64,000 nucleotides of DNA from an uncultured Thermoproteales archaeon (lineage in GTDB: Archaea; Thermoproteota; Thermoprotei; Thermofilales; B20-G17): positions 10,217-74,216 of the forward strand of contig CBDUMD010000006.1 in assembly GCA_965368245.1 (NCBI GenBank), written 5' to 3'. The position numbers and the translations under genes are program-made. The notes beneath the pieces were generated by a model, which saw only the letters and a program-made list of their open reading frames with translations, was not told the DNA's origin and ran no database searches. Positions 1 through 7,693 of the stretch are shown here, in pieces (position 1 is the first letter of the stretch; each line of letters starts with the position of its first letter).

Positions 1-164
1 CTACACTTCACTGAGATAAGCGGCTTCTTTCCCGGATATAATCTCGAAGAGCTATTAAAAATATACGGGTTTGTTGAGCAGAAACATTAAACTGTGGTGT
101 TTTGTATATTTTTGTGTCGTTATGTTTTAAGCTGAAATACTTGTAATGTGGTATCTGACTGTTT

Positions 165-300
165 TCATGGGTATGCGGGTGATGGAAGCCCCGTGGGGTA
201 TAACTTAGATGGGAGCCCCATGCCATCGGGCTCGACAGCCGCCCACAACCCCATAACCCTAACAAAAGGGTTATAGGCGAGACGGAACCCGTGAAACCAC
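165..300. ncRNA. Candidate structured non-coding RNA, class unknown
   Basis: A block of about 135 nt is visibly more G+C-rich than its A/T-rich flanks. It has perfect hairpins GAGCCC-N9-GGGCTC (213-233) and ATAACCCT-N6-AGGGTTAT (253-274). The two minus-strand ORFs covering it (8-307, 165-398) translate to W/G/H/P-rich low-complexity peptides with no family pattern. I could not align a tRNA T-loop, C/D boxes, RNase P CR-I/CR-V or an SRP motif by eye, so class and strand stay open. Confidence 0.25.
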
Positions 301-366
301 ACCACAATGAAAAATATATAAAGTGATACGGATAGAGGAAACGGGAACGCCAGCATATCTCGAAAA

Positions 367-1037
367 ATGGATCCTAACGCTGGTCCCGAAGAAAACACGA
401 AGTCTATTTTAGAGCCTGGAACGTACCTTTATGACAAAGCCATTAACTTTCTTAGGCAGGAAGTAAAAGAGCCTCAAATGTATCTAAGTATACTAGCCGC
501 CGTAGCTGAAGGCAGACAGAGGTCCAGTGAGGTTGCTTCAATGGCTAAGATAGATCCTAGAGGCCTCACCAAATACATTGTTGTACTGGAGGAGCTGGAT
601 ATACTTGAAAGGGGTTAAACCATTAGGTTACAGGAGGCCTGTAATCCTAGATTTCAAGGACCATTACTTTAGATTCTGGTTCACCTACAACTATAAGTTG
701 AGATCACTGCTGGAAGCAGGGATGATGGAAGAGGCCTATGAAGATGTTCTTAGAACCATTACCAGTAAGACCTATGGAAGTTGGCAAATGGTGGTATAAG
801 GACCTTGAGGTGGATGCTGTTGTAAGAGACCCTGGCTTAGCCACGGTTTTCGTAGAAGTGAAGTGGAGTAGTATGTGACCACAAGAAGCTAAAATAATTC
901 TAGCTGACTTGAAAAAGAAGGCATCTAAAACCAGTTTAAGTTCACCTAGAAATTACTACATACTAGTATGTAGAGAACTTATTGGAGGAGAACTGGTGGA
1001 GATAGCAGAACATGAAATTATAATGGACTTAAGATAG
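367..1037 (+). pseudogene. Decayed C-terminal half of an archaeal-ATPase family gene (wHTH + DUF234-like region), with frameshifts and an internal stop
   Basis: Consecutive pieces of one protein lie in three frames. These are 367-618 (YLSILAAVAEGRQRSSEVASMAKIDPRGLTKYIVVLEELDILE), 578-799 (ILDFKDHYFRFWF) and ~775-875 (EVGKWWYKDLEVDAVV...VFVEVKWSS). An in-frame TGA follows at 876-878, then a tail runs to the TAG at 1035-1037. The Walker-A N-terminal half is absent upstream. Confidence 0.6.
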
Positions 1038-1155
1038 CTGGAAAACGTTTTACTCTAAGCAAAGTATATGAAATTATTTCTCAATAAGTGTTTCTATAAA
1101 CGTCTAGCATTAGATCTGAAAAACTATATATTAGAGTTAAAGGGGGTTCACTCAA

Positions 1156-2352
1156 ATGCGCGCCGAGAAAGTTAGGGAAGAATTCCCCGTATTGAGGAAA
1201 TGGATTTACCTTAATACAGCCTCTCAAGGCTTGATCCCAAAGAGAACGTTTAAGAAACTTTTAGAGCCCATTTCTGTACAAGAGAAAGGAGAACTACTCG
1301 ATATCCATCTGGAAGAAAAAATCCCTATGGATGCTCGGAGGCAGGTAGCTAAGCTGATAGGTGCACACCCCGATGAAATAGCTTTAATGACCTCTACCAC
1401 TCCCGGCCTTAAAGTAGCGTTACTTATGATCAACCTTACAGAAAAAGACGAGATCCTGAGTTTTGATTTAGAGTTCCCTGGGGTATCCTCCGTCATAGAA
1501 TCTTATGCTCGGTTCAAGGGATGTAAAGTAAAGGTCGTGAAGCATAGAAATGGTTTTTATCTCCCAGAAGACTTAGAGAAGAAGATTTCGGAGAGAACTA
1601 AAGTTATTGTCTCTAGTAGCGTCCAGTGGGTTAATGGGTTGAAAATGGATCTCAAGTTCCTCAGGGAGATAGCTGATAAATGTGGGGCATATTTGATCCT
1701 AGATTCAATACAACATGTAGGTAGTATATATTTTAACGTCAATGACGTGAAGCCTGATTTTGTGGCCGTGGGTGGTGAAAAATGGCTACTATCACCATGG
1801 ATTGGCGTGGGATTCCTCTATGTTAGTCGAAGTATTCTGAATGAACTGGATTTCCCCTGTTATGGGTTAATCAATAGAGATAGACCGCCCGAAGGCTGGG
1901 AGAAATATTGGCCGAAGATCGATAAGGAACCCTGGAAGCTTTCCAGTCCCTGCAGTAAAGCTAGTAAGCTTGAATGGGGAGGAACGCCGCCAATCGCTCC
2001 CATATCGGCTTTCGCTGAATCAGTTAGGTTACTGAACGAAATAGGCATCGAAAAAATACATTGCCATAATCTGAAACTGAAAGAAAAACTTGTGGAAGAG
2101 CTTGTCGAGTACGGGGCTACAATAGTTTCATACACCGAGGATAAGGATTCATGGTCCAGTATAACTACGTTTAGATTTCACAGGGATTTTGAGAAAGATC
2201 TTATTATTGCAAGAAAGCTTCGGGAAAAAGGTATAGTCGTTTCTGTTCGTGGATGTTCAAATATAGGTGGGATAAGGGTATCACCACACTTCTACAACAC
2301 AGAGGAGGATATTGAAAAACTGGTAGAGGGGTTGAGAAAACTCCGACCTTAG
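1156..2352 (+). CDS. Class-V aminotransferase / cysteine-desulfurase-fold PLP enzyme
   Basis: The 398-aa ORF has a fold-type I class V pattern: SSSVQWVNG, LILDSIQHVG and a candidate Schiff-base Lys in GGEKWLLSP. The SD-like AAGGGGGT ends 8 nt before the ATG. TATA-like ACTATATATT lies at 1123-1132. Confidence 0.7.
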   Translation: MRAEKVREEFPVLRKWIYLNTASQGLIPKRTFKKLLEPISVQEKGELLDIHLEEKIPMDARRQVAKLIGAHPDEIALMTSTTPGLKVALLMINLTEKDEILSFDLEFPGVSSVIESYARFKGCKVKVVKHRNGFYLPEDLEKKISERTKVIVSSSVQWVNGLKMDLKFLREIADKCGAYLILDSIQHVGSIYFNVNDVKPDFVAVGGEKWLLSPWIGVGFLYVSRSILNELDFPCYGLINRDRPPEGWEKYWPKIDKEPWKLSSPCSKASKLEWGGTPPIAPISAFAESVRLLNEIGIEKIHCHNLKLKEKLVEELVEYGATIVSYTEDKDSWSSITTFRFHRDFEKDLIIARKLREKGIVVSVRGCSNIGGIRVSPHFYNTEEDIEKLVEGLRKLRP

Positions 2353-2500
2353 CTTATATTAGTATTTTCCATTAAGGGCCTATTATTATTGTCTAGAGGA
2401 AAATAAACTGGCTAAATATTTCGGAGATAAATGTTGTTTCAAAGTGTTTCATGGTGTTCCTTATAGCCATCTTCGGAAAAAATATTGTTGGTGAAAGGGC

Positions 2501-3721
2501 ATGCTGAAGAAAAGTATTGCAATAATTTTAGCATCTATTTTTCTGCTATCTCTATTCGTCCCCCAACTTGTTTTAAGGGCACAGCCAAGCATAAAGATAA
2601 CTGTTACTCCCCGCGAAGTGTTTGCAGGAGACCAGGTAGATGTAGTTGTAATCCTTCTTAATTCAAGCACCGGCAACCCGCTGCCTGAAACAAAAGTTAA
2701 CGTTATGATAAGGAACCCCGAGGGACTGGTTGTAGTTAAATTACAGTCATTAACTGATGAACAGGGAATTGTATCATTAAACGTTAAAACCGAGGAGGAT
2801 TGGCCTCCAGGGGTGTACGTTATAATAGTAACCGTGGCAGATGTGGTTCAGCTGAAAACATTCAAGATAAAGGTTCCAGAGACTAGGGAACGGTATGTAA
2901 ACACCACAAGAAGGGCCATTGAGATGATGATCAAGAAGGTTAGTATAATAGTCAACCAGACAGGCAATGAAGCTTTAAGGGAAAAACTTAATCAAGCAAT
3001 CCAGCTCTACAAGGAGGGCAATTATTCTGTTGCTTTTAAGATGCTACTGCAGGCAACCCATCAAGTCAGAAATAGGTTTAAGGCTATTCATAGGGGTAGA
3101 GAGAATGTTACTAGGGGTTTAAGCACCGCTATACAGCGTCACAAAGAAGTTATAGAAAAGCTTAAGGCTATAATCGCGAAGCTCGAGGAGAAAGGCTTCA
3201 ATGCAACGATTGCGAAAGCTCTTTTAGAAAAAGCGGAAGCACAGCTCCACAATGCTAGTGTAATGTTACACGGTGGAAAGGCGAATTTAACAGCAAGGAT
3301 TATGGCGCAAATAATGAAAAATATAGGGGACGCGTTTAGCAACCTTAAACGTCATGGAGAAAAGGTGTCGATCCAGAAAATGAAAGAACACATCGATCGT
3401 CTACTCTCAAGCAAAAACATTCCCGAGCCAGTTAAGGAAAAACTTCAGAAACTTAAAGCCTTATTAGAAACCGGAAACTTCACCAAAATGAGGGAGTTCG
3501 CCAAAAGATACCATATAGTATTAAAAGAAGCTAAAATTAGACGGTATATTATGGGAAAAGTCTGGAATATGACCGGTGTACCGAAAGGCTTAGGCAAACA
3601 TGTTGTAATCAAAGTTGGAAAAGTAGCTAAAGGGAACTTTACTGGAGGTATACCGAAAGGCGGGAACGCCACTAGAGGAAGAGGTCACAGTCAAGGTAGA
3701 CGACAGGGCCATGGAGGCTAA
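2501..3721 (+). CDS. Secreted protein: beta-sandwich domain plus long helical region (no family recognised)
   Basis: There is a signal peptide (MLKKSIAIILASIFLLSLFVPQLVLRAQP) and a ~110-aa Ig-like segment (ITVTPREVFAGDQVDVVV...VYVIIVTVADV). About 250 aa of K/E/A-rich helical sequence follows, then a Gly/Arg/His tail (GRGHSQGRRQGHGG). Confidence 0.55.
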   Translation: MLKKSIAIILASIFLLSLFVPQLVLRAQPSIKITVTPREVFAGDQVDVVVILLNSSTGNPLPETKVNVMIRNPEGLVVVKLQSLTDEQGIVSLNVKTEEDWPPGVYVIIVTVADVVQLKTFKIKVPETRERYVNTTRRAIEMMIKKVSIIVNQTGNEALREKLNQAIQLYKEGNYSVAFKMLLQATHQVRNRFKAIHRGRENVTRGLSTAIQRHKEVIEKLKAIIAKLEEKGFNATIAKALLEKAEAQLHNASVMLHGGKANLTARIMAQIMKNIGDAFSNLKRHGEKVSIQKMKEHIDRLLSSKNIPEPVKEKLQKLKALLETGNFTKMREFAKRYHIVLKEAKIRRYIMGKVWNMTGVPKGLGKHVVIKVGKVAKGNFTGGIPKGGNATRGRGHSQGRRQGHGG

Positions 3722-3769
3722 GGGTTAAATTTTTTTATCAGATTCTAAGCATATTTTCAGGTACTGTTC

Positions 3770-4624
3770 ATGAGAAAGATTCTATGTTTTCTAGTTATAC
3801 TGCTTGGTATAGGTCTCCTAATTAGAACCGAAATTTTAGGAATCCCTATTAAAACAACTCTTAAAGTATATCGGGACGGATATGTATTCGTAAACCAGAC
3901 CATAATACCTTTAGAAGTAATCGTTAATACCACGTTGCTAGGCGCCCCGAAATTTCTCCTTGTGTTGGATGAAGGGGGGTTGCCACTAGGATACCGTTTG
4001 AACAACAGCCTCTTGATAGTCTATTGTGGGGATGCCGACCGCGTTATCGTTAGCTATTATACCGCAAATATAACATCAAAGGAAGGTGCCTTATGGAGGC
4101 TCTCTCTAAACTTTACTCTGATAAATGTGGAAATAATCTTACCTAAAGGAGCAACCTTGGTGTACTCTGATCCCCTCCCCCTTAAAATACAAGCATTAAA
4201 CGAGAGTCTAGTACTCTTCTACTCTGAATCACCTTTAACAATAGAATATGTCTTGGAGATAAACTTAAACGAAACAACGGGTACAGCTGGCGAGAAAGAA
4301 GAGAAGCCTGTAGGCGGAGAAAATATTCTGCAGAATCCATATCTCATTATAGGAACCCTTTTTCTCGTGGGTTTAGCTGCCTTGACGTTAATTTTAGTTA
4401 AAAACAGAAGGAAAGATGAATTCAAGTTCCTAACCGAGGAGGAGAAATATATCCTAGAATTCCTAAGAAACAGGAAAAGAGCATTTTTAAGTGAGATAGT
4501 TAAAGCCACAGATCTACCTAAAACCACTTTATGGCGAAAGATTAAGAAACTCGAGGAGATGGGATACTTGAGAACTACTAAAACCCCACACGGGCTTTTA
4601 ATCGAATATAAACATCCTTTCTAA
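3770..4624 (+). CDS. Membrane-tethered winged-helix DNA-binding protein (extracellular domain, one TM, cytoplasmic wHTH)
   Basis: It has an N-terminal signal/anchor (MRKILCFLVILLGIGLLI) and a ~190-aa ectodomain with many N-x-S/T sequons. A TM helix (PYLIIGTLFLVGLAALTLILV) follows, then a MarR/TrmB-like wHTH (EEEKYILEFLRNRKRAFLSEIVKATDLPKTTLWRKIKKLEEMGYL). Confidence 0.6.
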   Translation: MRKILCFLVILLGIGLLIRTEILGIPIKTTLKVYRDGYVFVNQTIIPLEVIVNTTLLGAPKFLLVLDEGGLPLGYRLNNSLLIVYCGDADRVIVSYYTANITSKEGALWRLSLNFTLINVEIILPKGATLVYSDPLPLKIQALNESLVLFYSESPLTIEYVLEINLNETTGTAGEKEEKPVGGENILQNPYLIIGTLFLVGLAALTLILVKNRRKDEFKFLTEEEKYILEFLRNRKRAFLSEIVKATDLPKTTLWRKIKKLEEMGYLRTTKTPHGLLIEYKHPF

Positions 4625-4633
4625 CAGAATTTG

Positions 4634-5827
4634 CTAGTCTCTAAGGAAAAGCAGTATTATGAGTATTATAATTATCAGCATTAAGCTTGGCACCCGAAAC
4701 ACCATCCACGGGTTTATGTCGTATATTAATCCTCCGATCAAGGTGCCTAGCATTCTAGCTAAAGTACCTAGAAAACCTCTTATACCTATAGCCAGCGGTA
4801 CCAAGTCTCTGGACTCCTCCTCTGCTGCCTCCGTTATATAGGCAGATGCTATAGGCGACCAGAAGCTAGCCACAAACCCCATTATCGCCGAAGCAAAATA
4901 CAGTAACGTGATATCCCTAGCTTCCAGTATTAACAAAAAATACAGTATGCCAAATACTTCTGAAACAGCAAGAAATACTCCCCGTTTCCTAAGTTTATCG
5001 GAGATCCAGCCTATTAGAGTAAAGGTCAATATGTTGACTATGTTTGTCATCAGATTTAAATAGGAGAGATCCATCGGGGTTAGATGAAGATATTCTGCAA
5101 AGTATATTGACGTATAGGCTCCCGCTATACTCCAGCAGAAGCCATCAAGCATGAATATGAATAGTATTTTTCTGAGTTTCGGGTTCCTGAAGACGGCGGG
5201 TATGGATGTTAACTGTAGTTTGAATTCTTCACGGAGAACGCCACTTTTCTTGACTTTAATGTCGTTTTTAATCAGTGGAATCAACATTACTATAGCCAAC
5301 ATCATCGTGGTCAATGAAAACATGAAAACCGCTACGAAGCTTCCACCAGTCGCCTCATACAGCAAGCTACCTATGAAAGGGCCTATAGAGGAGGTTACCA
5401 TGTTTAGGGAGGAAATTAATCCGAAAACAAAACCCCTGTTACTGCTATCGGTGAAACGAGCTACAATTGAGGACCGCGCCGTAAAGGTTGTGGCAAATCT
5501 AAGCATTACGAAAACGCTTCCAATAGTATAGAAGAATAATGCATAGGGGGTAATGCAGACAGCTATATACGCCATTTGTGACAAAATCCCCATGGAGTAG
5601 CCCATTGCATATGACTTGAAGTACCCGTAAGAGGGTATTATGGCTGAGAAAGGTATTCTAACGAGAAGAGCTATAAGACGAGCTAATGTTTGTATTAAAC
5701 CGTAGACCTTCATTTCCATGTTTAGGGATAGAATGAAATACGGCATTATTGAGCTAGTGTAGGAAACAGCTAGACTTGAGACTACGGAAACCGCTATGAA
5801 ATAGTATAGTTTCCTAGGGATGGACAA
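4634..5827 (-). CDS. Major facilitator superfamily transporter
   Basis: The 397-aa ORF has about 12 hydrophobic helices in a 6+6 layout with a central basic loop (KNDIKVKKSGVLREE). An MFS-like loop motif is present (RFTDSSNRGFVFGL...IGPFIGSLL). Confidence 0.7.
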   Translation of the reverse strand: MSIPRKLYYFIAVSVVSSLAVSYTSSIMPYFILSLNMEMKVYGLIQTLARLIALLVRIPFSAIIPSYGYFKSYAMGYSMGILSQMAYIAVCITPYALFFYTIGSVFVMLRFATTFTARSSIVARFTDSSNRGFVFGLISSLNMVTSSIGPFIGSLLYEATGGSFVAVFMFSLTTMMLAIVMLIPLIKNDIKVKKSGVLREEFKLQLTSIPAVFRNPKLRKILFIFMLDGFCWSIAGAYTSIYFAEYLHLTPMDLSYLNLMTNIVNILTFTLIGWISDKLRKRGVFLAVSEVFGILYFLLILEARDITLLYFASAIMGFVASFWSPIASAYITEAAEEESRDLVPLAIGIRGFLGTLARMLGTLIGGLIYDINPWMVFRVPSLMLIIIILIILLFLRD

Positions 5828-5936
5828 GTAATATCACCTGTAGTATAGGCTTTACGATGGGATACACTTAATTAAACAAACTGATATTTAAAGTTCTCCT
5901 AAAAGACCATCTGTTAAGTAAAGCAGTAAAAATGGG

Positions 5937-6512
5937 TTATTGGTTTTTCGAGACTAAATATTTTTCAATTAGTCCTTCACGTTCAAGTACATTAATCCAA
6001 TCTATTGTTCCGCATTTTCGCTTCCCCTTCTTTAAGGCCTCCATAATTTCGTTAACTAGATTAGCGGTAGTTTTGCCTGTTGTATCCAGTTCATATATTA
6101 AGTCTTCTCCCAGTTTTTTGACCGCTCTTACAAGGACATAGTCCAGTATCTCAGCCTCCACATTTTCCATCACCTTCTGTTTTGGATAGTTTCGGGCCCT
6201 AAGCCTCGATTCCAGCTCCCTTGGATGAAGCCTCAAGACGATTACAAAGTCTACGCAGTCTGATGGTATTGCATCAACTAGATGTGTGTCAAGCACAACC
6301 TTATCCATCTCCTTCAACGTTTTTCCAAGGGCTTTCTTAAGTTTCTCGACATCAACAATATGTGTCTTTAAGGTCTTATCAAATCTGAGAGTGAATCCCC
6401 TTTCGATCGCGAATTCAGCGACATTTATATATTGATACCCGAGGTTCTTAGCCAGTTGTTTAGCTACAGTGGTTTTTCCAACACCAGGGGTACCTGTCAC
6501 AAGTATTTTCAT
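5937..6512 (-). CDS. Fap7 / adenylate kinase 6-like P-loop NTPase
   Basis: The P-loop GTPGVGKTT lies right after the ATG at 6512 (MKILVTGTPGVGKTTVAKQLA). The track start at 6524 is a TTG. Size (~191 aa) and layout fit archaeal Fap7. Confidence 0.7.
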   Translation of the reverse strand: MKILVTGTPGVGKTTVAKQLAKNLGYQYINVAEFAIERGFTLRFDKTLKTHIVDVEKLKKALGKTLKEMDKVVLDTHLVDAIPSDCVDFVIVLRLHPRELESRLRARNYPKQKVMENVEAEILDYVLVRAVKKLGEDLIYELDTTGKTTANLVNEIMEALKKGKRKCGTIDWINVLEREGLIEKYLVSKNQ

Positions 6513-6530
6513 TATATTATCCAACCTCTT

Positions 6531-7607
6531 CTATGGGCGTTCAATTATATTCCATGTCAGGGGATCCTCTTGCCCTATCCTCCATGCGGCTATTTTATTA
6601 ATACCATACTCTAGTGCAATACGTATTCTCAGCTCTGTACTTTTAGCTATGTTAAACCATACTTCATGCCTCAAGCCCATCACAAGGTATTTGAATGTGG
6701 CTTCCCCATTCTCCTCATCAAAGACTACTTTTGCCCCATATTGTTTAGCTAGCTCTATTGCCTGACTATATTTAAGTCCCTTGGCTCTCTGGCCCACTGG
6801 CCAGTCGTATCCGTAAAATGGTAGTCCAGCAACAATTTTCTCCTTTGGTATTGTCTGAGTAGCATATTCCAGTACGCTTCTAAACCAGTTTAATGGTGAT
6901 ATCGGGCCTGGTGACCCCGTACTCCAATGATAATCATATATCATTAATATTACAAGGTCACTATATTTACCTAGCTCCTTATAGTCGTATGCTCCCGCCC
7001 ATCCCTTATAAACTTCCTTGGTTTTGGATGCAACATCTATGCTCACTAATTTACCGCGTTTATGGAACATCTCGTAGAGTATTTTCATGAACACTGTTAA
7101 ATTATCTCTATCTTCAGGTGGAATGTTCTCGAAATCTATATTTATGCCATCATAACCTCTTTCGAGAACAAGGTCTAAAAGTTGTTGGGCAACTTTTTCT
7201 CTTAGTTTGGGATCTGAAAGGATCTTATGAACTATTTCTCTGTTAAACCCCTCGTTAGCTACGAGAGGTACCACCTTTACGCCCCATTCCTTCGACTTAT
7301 TTACAAAGTATTCATCGAAATATTTCTCTAGGATGTTTCCATTTGAGTCTACTACATACCATGTGGGGGATACCCATGTGAATTTTTCATGGTACTTGTA
7401 GTAGTTTAATGTGCTTTCCTGATCGTATTCCACGACCCAGCCGAGGAAGAAGATCTTAAATACACTTAAATTCTTGTTAGCCTTTTCGATGTCGGATAAG
7501 TCTACTTCGCCTTTACTTGTGAAACCTAATGCAAGCAGGATTGCCACTGCACCCACTATGATGCCAGTTAGAATAGTAGATAAAACCAATATAAAGATCC
7601 TATCCAT
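6531..7607 (-). CDS. Membrane-anchored glycoside hydrolase family 18-like protein (YaaH-like)
   Basis: It has an N-terminal TM anchor (IFILVLSTILTGIIVGAVAILLALGF). The GH18 catalytic strand is YDGINIDFE, a DxxDxDxE motif with the middle Asp replaced by Asn. MIYDYHWSTGSPGPISPLNW and GLPFYGYDW motifs are also present. Confidence 0.8.
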   Translation of the reverse strand: MDRIFILVLSTILTGIIVGAVAILLALGFTSKGEVDLSDIEKANKNLSVFKIFFLGWVVEYDQESTLNYYKYHEKFTWVSPTWYVVDSNGNILEKYFDEYFVNKSKEWGVKVVPLVANEGFNREIVHKILSDPKLREKVAQQLLDLVLERGYDGINIDFENIPPEDRDNLTVFMKILYEMFHKRGKLVSIDVASKTKEVYKGWAGAYDYKELGKYSDLVILMIYDYHWSTGSPGPISPLNWFRSVLEYATQTIPKEKIVAGLPFYGYDWPVGQRAKGLKYSQAIELAKQYGAKVVFDEENGEATFKYLVMGLRHEVWFNIAKSTELRIRIALEYGINKIAAWRIGQEDPLTWNIIERP

Positions 7608-7693
7608 GTTGACACCTGGTAATTAAAAGAGTGGGAACTGATAATAAAATATTTCGAAGGATTTTCATGAGAGAGAAAGAATTTTCTAAATGT

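Noticed and set aside
165-300. Type-T (minimal) RNase P RNA, SRP RNA, H/ACA or C/D sRNA identity for the GC-rich block
   Set aside because: GAUGGAAGCCCC and ACGGAACCCGUGAAACC loosely recall CR-I and CR-V. I could not build the P4 pairing or a closing P1 helix. I found no ordered C/D boxes and no SRP motifs. The element is left unclassified.
8-398. Minus-strand ORFs 8-307 (99 aa) and 165-398 (77 aa) as protein-coding genes
   Set aside because: Their translations are W/G/H/P-rich and lack any family pattern. They overlap each other and coincide with a GC-rich hairpin-forming block. They are more likely the shadow of an RNA-like element.
6531-7607. GH18 protein as an inactive lectin because of the D-to-N change in DxxDxDxE (DGINIDFE)
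   Set aside because: The catalytic Glu and the adjacent Asp are retained. To my recollection, the same Asn variant occurs in active YaaH-type GH18 enzymes. There is therefore no basis to call it inactive.
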